Shown here: positions 17,388-22,101 of the stretch, piece by piece
Layout of the letters: each line of letters begins with the position of its first letter
Numbering within the stretch: position 1 is the first letter of the stretch
NCBI GenBank assembly: GCA_036149055.1
Contig: JAYZQJ010000032.1
Coordinates: 1 to 22,101, forward strand
DNA: 22,101 nt
Origin: Myxococcota bacterium
GTDB taxonomy: Bacteria; Myxococcota_A; Polyangia; Polyangiales; Sandaracinaceae
Reading direction: 5' to 3'
Translations under genes and position numbers: made by a program
The notes under the pieces: generated by a model
Seen by the model: only the letters and a program-made list of their open reading frames with translations
Database searches by the model: none
What the model was told of the DNA's origin: nothing

Positions 17388-17393
17388 AGGTTA
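17388..17393 (-). promoter_or_regulatory. Candidate -10 element (TAACCT) 5 nt before GTG 17382, leaderless-type
   Basis: Minus strand gggTAACCTgagccGTG, in the 28-bp gap after the dnaB stop. Confidence 0.45.
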
Positions 17394-17410
17394 CCCCAAC
17401 GCGTGGGCGA

Positions 17411-18886
17411 TCAGGGATCGGCGAAGTCGTCCGGGCCGGGATCGATGGCGCCACCGCCGCCTCCCCCGCCGCCGCCGCCGCCGAAGTCCTCGTCGTAGTC
17501 CTCGTCGGCGAGGTTCTCGAAGCGGGTGTACTCGTGGAAGAAGCGGCACTTCACGATCCCGACCGGGCCCGCGCGCTGCTTGCCGATGATCACCTCCGCC
17601 AGGCCGCGAAGCTCCGGGTCGTCGCGGTTGTAGAACTCCTCGCGGTAGATGAACATGATCACGTCCGCGTCCTGCTCGATCGCGCCGGACTCACGGAGGT
17701 CGCTCATCTGCGGGCGCTTGTCCTTGCCGCTCCGCGTCTCGACGCCACGGTTGAGCTGCGAGAGCGCCATCACCGGGATCGACAGCTCCTTGGCCAGGCC
17801 CTTGAGCGACCGGCTGATCTCGGAGATCTCCTTCTCGCGGCTCTCGACCTTGGAGCCGGCCCGCATGAGCTGGAGGTAGTCGATGACCACGAGGCCGAGC
17901 CCGTGCTCGGCCTTGAGGCGGCGGCACTTGCCGCGCAGCTCGGTGATGCTGAGCGCCGGCGTGTCGTCGATGAAGAGGCCGAGGTTGGTCAGCGTGCCGG
18001 CCGCGCTGGTGAGGCGCGTCCAGTCCTCCCGGCTGAGCATGCCCGTCCGCATGCGTCCGCCGTCCACCCGCGCCTCGCTGCAGAGGAGACGTCGGGCGAG
18101 CTCCTCCTTCGCCATCTCGAGCGAGAACACCGCGACCGGTGAGTCGCGCGCGGCGCAGGCGTTGAGCGCGACGTTCAGCGCGAACGCCGTCTTGCCCATG
18201 CCCGGGCGCCCGGCGACGATGATCAGCTCGCCGCCCTTCAGCCCGGCCGTCATCTTGTCGAGCTTGGAGAACCCGGTCGGCATGCCGGTGATCTTCTCCT
18301 TGCGCTCGGCGGCGGTGGTGACCTGCTCGAAGGTCCGGATCACCACGTCCTTGATGTGCTCGTAGGGCGCTCGCGCCGACTGCTTGGCGACGTCGAAGAT
18401 CTGCTTCTCGGCCTCGTCGACGAACTCCTCGACCGGGCCGTAGTCGCCGTAGCCCTTGGCCGCGATCTCGTGGCAGCGCGTGATCAGCCGCCGCACGACC
18501 GCCTTGTCCCGCACGATGATCGCGTGGTGCTCGATGTTCTCGACCGTGGGGATGGTCTCGGTCAGCGAGAGCATGTGCTCGTCGCCGCCGGCCTTCTGCA
18601 GCGCGCCGCGATCGACGAGCCAGGCGCGGAGCGTGACGAGGTCGACCGGCATCGAGCGGCGGAACAGCTCGACCATGCCCTCGAAGATCGTCGCGTTGGC
18701 CCGGCTGTAGAAGTCCTCGGCGGAGAGGATCTGCGTCGCCGAGTTCAGCGCGTTGTTCTCCAGCATGATGCCGCCGAGCACCGCGCGCTCCGCGTCGAGC
18801 GAGTGGGGTGGGACGCGCCCCCCACCCGACGGTCGCTCGCCACCAAAGGGCCCGGGATCGAAGGACTGCGGATCGGGCATCACCAT
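17411..18886 (-). CDS. dnaB: Replicative DNA helicase DnaB
   Basis: PPHSLDAERAVLG, Walker A AGRPGMGKT, FSLEM, VIDYLQL, LSQLNR, DLRESGAIEQDAD, KQRAGP. No intein. The start could be ATG 18880. Confidence 0.97.
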   Translation of the reverse strand: MVMPDPQSFDPGPFGGERPSGGGRVPPHSLDAERAVLGGIMLENNALNSATQILSAEDFYSRANATIFEGMVELFRRSMPVDLVTLRAWLVDRGALQKAGGDEHMLSLTETIPTVENIEHHAIIVRDKAVVRRLITRCHEIAAKGYGDYGPVEEFVDEAEKQIFDVAKQSARAPYEHIKDVVIRTFEQVTTAAERKEKITGMPTGFSKLDKMTAGLKGGELIIVAGRPGMGKTAFALNVALNACAARDSPVAVFSLEMAKEELARRLLCSEARVDGGRMRTGMLSREDWTRLTSAAGTLTNLGLFIDDTPALSITELRGKCRRLKAEHGLGLVVIDYLQLMRAGSKVESREKEISEISRSLKGLAKELSIPVMALSQLNRGVETRSGKDKRPQMSDLRESGAIEQDADVIMFIYREEFYNRDDPELRGLAEVIIGKQRAGPVGIVKCRFFHEYTRFENLADEDYDEDFGGGGGGGGGGGAIDPGPDDFADP

Positions 18887-18971
18887 CGGACGGACCGGTT
18901 TAACATCAGAGGGCGGAGCGGGGTAGGTCGCATCGAGGATACGGACGAGCGACCGCGGAGCGGACTGACGG

Positions 18972-19011
18972 AAACGAAAAACGGGGCGACCGGCCGAAGC
19001 CGATCACCCCG
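18972..19011 (-). terminator. Rho-independent terminator after rplI
   Basis: Minus strand CGGGGTGATCGGC-TTCG-GCCGGTCGCCCCG followed by TTTTTCGTTT: 13-bp stem, cUUCGg loop, U tract. Confidence 0.9.
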
Positions 19012-19031
19012 CTCCTCGCGCACGCGGAGCT

Positions 19032-19493
19032 TCAGCTCGCGGCGACGACCTTCACCTTGATGGTCGCCGACACCTCGTAGCCGAGCTTGATCGCGATGTC
19101 GTAGTCGCCGAGCTCCTTGATGGGCTCGTCGAGCTGGATCTTCTTGCGATCCACCTCCACGCCCTTCGCGGTGAGCGCCTCGGCGATGTCCTTCGAGCCG
19201 ACCGACCCGAAGAGCTTCTGGTTCTCGCCCGCCTGCGCCGAGATCTCGACCGAGACCTTCGACAGCTCCGCGGCCCGCTCCTCGGCGGAGGCGCGCAGCT
19301 TCTTGGCGCGGGCGACCGCCGCCTTCTTCTCGTGCTCGATCTGCGCGACGTTGCCGTGGGTGGCGATCGCCGCGAGGCCGCGCGGGAGGAGGTAGTTGCG
19401 AGCGTAGCCCGGCTTCACCCGGACGAGCTCACCCGAGCGGCCGAGGTTCTCGACGTCGTCGCGGAGGACGACCTGCACCGTGGTCTTCGCCAT
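19032..19493 (-). CDS. rplI: 50S ribosomal protein L9
   Basis: LGRSGELVRVKPGYARNYLLPRG, KLFGSV, PIKELG; lies between rpsR and dnaB. Confidence 0.97.
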   Translation of the reverse strand: MAKTTVQVVLRDDVENLGRSGELVRVKPGYARNYLLPRGLAAIATHGNVAQIEHEKKAAVARAKKLRASAEERAAELSKVSVEISAQAGENQKLFGSVGSKDIAEALTAKGVEVDRKKIQLDEPIKELGDYDIAIKLGYEVSATIKVKVVAAS

Positions 19494-19496
19494 GGC

Positions 19497-19793
19497 TCAC
19501 CTCACCGCCGTGTAGGGCAGCAGGGCGATCATGCGCGCGCGCTTGATCTGGCGCGTGAGCTCGCGCTGCTGCTTGGCCGTCAGACCGCTGATGCGCCGCG
19601 GCACGATCTTGCCGCGCTCCGTGATGAAGTGGCGCAGGGTCTGCGGGTCCTTGTAGTCGAAGACGAAGTCCGTCTCGTTGACGAACGCCGGGGCGCGCTT
19701 GCGACCCGAGCGGCGGCGGATCCCGAGCGGATCGTCCGCGCGGCTCGCCTTGCGGACGATGTCGCCGACTGCCTTGTCGTCGTTGTCAGCCAT
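19497..19793 (-). CDS. rpsR: 30S ribosomal protein S18 (cysteine-free form)
   Basis: [43 protein letters not shown] lies before ATG 19793. Confidence 0.95.
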   Translation of the reverse strand: MADNDDKAVGDIVRKASRADDPLGIRRRSGRKRAPAFVNETDFVFDYKDPQTLRHFITERGKIVPRRISGLTAKQQRELTRQIKRARMIALLPYTAVR

Positions 19794-19795
19794 GT

Positions 19796-20386
19796 TCACT
19801 CCTCCTCCGAATCCGAGTCGTCGTCCGAGCTGGAGTCGTCGTCGTTGCTCGAGTCGTCGTCGTCCGAATCGGAGTCGTCATCGTCCGAGTCCGAGTCCGA
19901 ATCCGAGTCGTCGTCCGAGTCGTCGTCCGAGCGGTCCGACTTGGCCTCCTGGCGCTCCCGCGGCTTCATGCCGAGGCGCTCCTCGAAGGTCGGATCCTGT
20001 TCGTCGTCCTCACCCGCCTCGATCTCCTTGAACTCGACCTCGTCGGGGTCGACCTCGAGGCTGCCGAGATCGTGCTCGATCTCGGTGCGGATGGTCTGCC
20101 AGCGCATCACGTCGTCGAAGTTGCGGAGGTTCCGCTCGAGCTCGGCGACGACGTCGTTGCCGCCGACGAGCTTCACCAGGACGAAGTGGCCGCGGGTGTG
20201 CTTCTTGATCGGGTAGGCGAGCTTGCGCTTGCCCCAGTTGTCGACGCGGGTGAGCTTGGCGCCCCGCCCGTCGATGATCTGGGTGATGCGGTCCGCCACC
20301 TTGCGGGCGTCCGACGGGTTGACCGACGGCCGCAGGATGTAGACGAGCTCGTACTCGCGCGCGAGCTGCGTGGTTGCTGCGCTCAT
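19796..20386 (-). CDS. rpsF: 30S ribosomal protein S6 with a long acidic C-terminal extension
   Basis: [35 protein letters not shown]. Confidence 0.96.
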   Translation of the reverse strand: MSAATTQLAREYELVYILRPSVNPSDARKVADRITQIIDGRGAKLTRVDNWGKRKLAYPIKKHTRGHFVLVKLVGGNDVVAELERNLRNFDDVMRWQTIRTEIEHDLGSLEVDPDEVEFKEIEAGEDDEQDPTFEERLGMKPRERQEAKSDRSDDDSDDDSDSDSDSDDDDSDSDDDDSSNDDDSSSDDDSDSEEE

Positions 20387-20390
20387 GGGT

Positions 20391-20430
20391 TCCTCTCGGG
20401 TTGTGCCCCCGCACGAGGCGGGAGCGAGGA
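20391..20430 (-). ncRNA. S6:S18 ribosomal protein leader (cis-regulatory RNA)
   Basis: Minus strand TCCTC-GCTCCCGC-CTCGT-GCGGGGGC-ACAACCCGA-GAGGA-accc-ATG: the outer stem sequesters the SD, there is an inner 8-bp stem, and an unpaired CCG sits just before the SD. Confidence 0.75.
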
Positions 20431-20465
20431 GCCGCGCGCTCCGTGGAGTCGCGCGACGTGGGTTT

Positions 20466-21029
20466 TCAGTCTGTCTGCTTTCGCGCGTTGACCCGGTTCA
20501 TCGCGGCCGAGACTCCGACCTCGAGGACCGCGTTCACCGCGCGGGCCGCGTCTTCTAGCACATCCGGTAGGCGGGCGCCCTCGTCGGATGAGAAATCGCT
20601 CAGCACGTGGCCCTGGACGGCGCCGCGCTCGGGGCGGCCGATGCCGACGCGGAGCCGGAGGAAGTCCGGGCCGCCGCAGTGCTGGATGATGGACTTGAGG
20701 CCGTTGTGGCCGGCCGCGCCGCCGCCCTTCTTGAGGCGCACGGTCTCGAACGGGAGGTCCAGCTCGTCGTGCACCACCAGCACGCGCTCGAGCGGGACCT
20801 TGAAGAACTGCATCGCCGCCTGAACCGACTCGCCGGAGAGGTTCATGAAGGTCAGCGGCTCGAGGAGCACCGCGTCCTCGCCGGCCAGGCGGGTCCGCGC
20901 GAAGCGCCCCTTCAGCTTGTCCCGGAAGGGCTCGGATCCCGCCAGGCGCTCCACGACCATGAAGCCCACGTTGTGGCGGTTCCGGGCGTACTTGGGCCCC
21001 GGGTTGCCCAGTCCGACGACGAGAAACAC
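20466..21029 (-). CDS. pth: Peptidyl-tRNA hydrolase
   Basis: LVVGLGNPG..Y..NRHNVGF, TFMNLSG, HDELDLP, GHNGLKSI, RLRVGIGRP. Start placed at GTG 21029. Confidence 0.96.
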   Translation of the reverse strand: MFLVVGLGNPGPKYARNRHNVGFMVVERLAGSEPFRDKLKGRFARTRLAGEDAVLLEPLTFMNLSGESVQAAMQFFKVPLERVLVVHDELDLPFETVRLKKGGGAAGHNGLKSIIQHCGGPDFLRLRVGIGRPERGAVQGHVLSDFSSDEGARLPDVLEDAARAVNAVLEVGVSAAMNRVNARKQTD

Positions 21030-21042
21030 GGTGAAGATGGGT

Positions 21043-21074
21043 CGCCGAGCGCCCTCGGGGGAGGGCGCCCGGCG
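21043..21074 (-). other. 14-bp GC-rich stem-loop between rplY and pth (mRNA-stabilising or U-less terminator)
   Basis: Minus strand CGCCGGGCGCCCTC-CCCC-GAGGGCGCTCGGCG with one G-U pair and no U tract. Confidence 0.6.
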
Positions 21075-21079
21075 CACGC

Positions 21080-21682
21080 TCAGCTGGCGGGAGCGGCGGC
21101 CGCTTCCTCTTCGTCCGCCTTCTTCTTCCGCTCCTTGGCCTCGATCATGAGGACCCGGCGGGTCGGCGGGTAGGTGACCTCGACGCCCTCGTCGAGCTTC
21201 AGGTCGGCGACGCGGACCACCGCGCCGAGGTCGAGCGGGGCGACGTCGAGCACGATCGCGTCCGGCACGTTCTGCGGGAAGGCGCGCACGGGCAGCTCGC
21301 GGTAGAGCTTCCGCATCGCCGCGCCCTTCTGGACGCCGAGCGCGCGGCCCTTGGTCTCGAACGGCACGGTCGTGGTGACCGGGCGCTCCTCGGAGACCGC
21401 GTAGAAGTCGGCGTGGAGCAGCTCGCGGCTGACCGGGTCGACCTCGAGGTCCTTCACGACCGCGAGCTTCTTGTCCCCGGCGATGTCGAGCTCGATCACC
21501 TGGTTACGGGCGTACTTGCCCGACAGGAGCTTCTCGAGCGCGACGGGGGAGCAGCTGATGGACACCGTCTCGGTGTCGGGTCCATAGAACACGGCCGGGA
21601 TCAGCCCGCGGTTGCGGAGCTGACGCGCCGGCCCCTTTCCGCGGAGCTCGCGGACCTCAGCCGATAGCGTCTTGGCTTCCAT
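21080..21682 (-). CDS. rplY: 50S ribosomal protein L25 / general stress protein Ctc (long form)
   Basis: RGKGPARQLRNRGLIPAVFYG, DPVSRELLHADFY, plus the C-terminal Ctc domain. ATG at 21682 with AGGAAG upstream. Confidence 0.95.
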   Translation of the reverse strand: MEAKTLSAEVRELRGKGPARQLRNRGLIPAVFYGPDTETVSISCSPVALEKLLSGKYARNQVIELDIAGDKKLAVVKDLEVDPVSRELLHADFYAVSEERPVTTTVPFETKGRALGVQKGAAMRKLYRELPVRAFPQNVPDAIVLDVAPLDLGAVVRVADLKLDEGVEVTYPPTRRVLMIEAKERKKKADEEEAAAAPAS

Positions 21683-21760
21683 GATTCGTCTCTTCCTTTC
21701 GAATGGCGCCCGGACGGACGGGTCCACCCGGGGAGCGCCCTCATGACACGGATCCGCGGA

Positions 21761-21805
21761 CCTGGCCAGCGCGGCCCCGGCCAGCGCGGCCCCGGCCAGC
21801 GCGGC
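21761..21805. repeat. Intergenic 15-bp tandem repeat, 3 copies (CCYGGCCAGCGCGGC)
   Basis: Units at 21761-21775, 21776-21790 and 21791-21805; one mismatch in the first unit. Confidence 0.9.
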
Positions 21806-21948
21806 GCAAGAGGTGGCAGGCAATTGTGCCGGGGCAGACTACGCCCGCTTCCACGACGACTGCCCCGAGACGACGGCAGGCGACGAGCGCAGCGGGGTCG
21901 CCGCACACACCACCACTTGTGTTCGATCCCGCGGCAGCGGGCGGCCAG

Positions 21949-22100
21949 CGAGCGCGCAGCGCGAGCGCGAGCCGCAGGGCCCCCAGCGCCCCGTCGCTGG
22001 GGTCGCGGCGCGAGCGCGAAGCGCGAGGCGCCGACGGAGTCGGGAGGGGGGCCCCATTGGCGCTTTGCCCAATGGGGGGAGGGTTTGCACCAAACCCTCC
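21949..22100. repeat. Cluster of palindromes and direct repeats, REP/MITE-like element (may continue past the window edge)
   Basis: Hairpins CCCCAGCG/CGCTGGGG (21981-22002), CCCCATTGG/CCAATGGGG (22052-22077) and GGAGGGTTTG/CAAACCCTCC (22078-22100). Direct repeat CGAGCGCGMAGCGCGAG at 21949-21965 and 22011-22027. Confidence 0.6.
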
Positions 22101-22101
22101 A

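Noticed and set aside
17411..18886. Intein in DnaB
   Set aside because: The length is normal and the motifs are contiguous, with no C/S...HN splice junctions.
21839..22093. 84-aa minus-strand ORF, and the open plus-strand frame across the same region
   Set aside because: Both run through the palindromic repeat cluster, show no recognisable motif (not Prs) and have no convincing start signal.

Overview
GC-rich bacterial chromosomal window, inferred to be from a myxobacterium (Myxococcota, Polyangiales/Sandaracinus-like). That inference rests on composition, a Hanks-type Ser/Thr kinase, Pro/Glu-rich membrane proteins and the gene order rplY-pth-rpsF-rpsR-rplI-dnaB. The right third (17.4-21.7 kb) is a core translation/replication cluster with an S6:S18 leader RNA and an intrinsic terminator. 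The left two thirds are accessory: a Pro-rich membrane protein (partial), ChaC, an SDR, an LhgO-like FAD oxidoreductase, a YkuE-like metallophosphoesterase divergent from a TerB-like/PPP phosphatase fusion, an atypical receiver protein, a cytochrome P450, a membrane-anchored alkaline-phosphatase-superfamily protein, an AbmA-like flavoprotein, a small hypothetical protein, a FadL-type barrel, a TPR-like lipoprotein and a frameshifted Ser/Thr kinase. I found no rRNA, tRNA, CRISPR array, integrase or transposase. The best candidate for an undescribed system is the TerB-like domain fused to a eukaryote/archaea-type PPP phosphatase, with its neighbouring phosphoesterase and pseudo-receiver. Also notable are a recurring leaderless-promoter signature (including a 26-bp bidirectional promoter), a long Asp/Ser tail on S6 and a REP/MITE-like palindrome cluster at the right edge. 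All calls come from reading motifs by eye; no database searches were run, so novelty is unverified.
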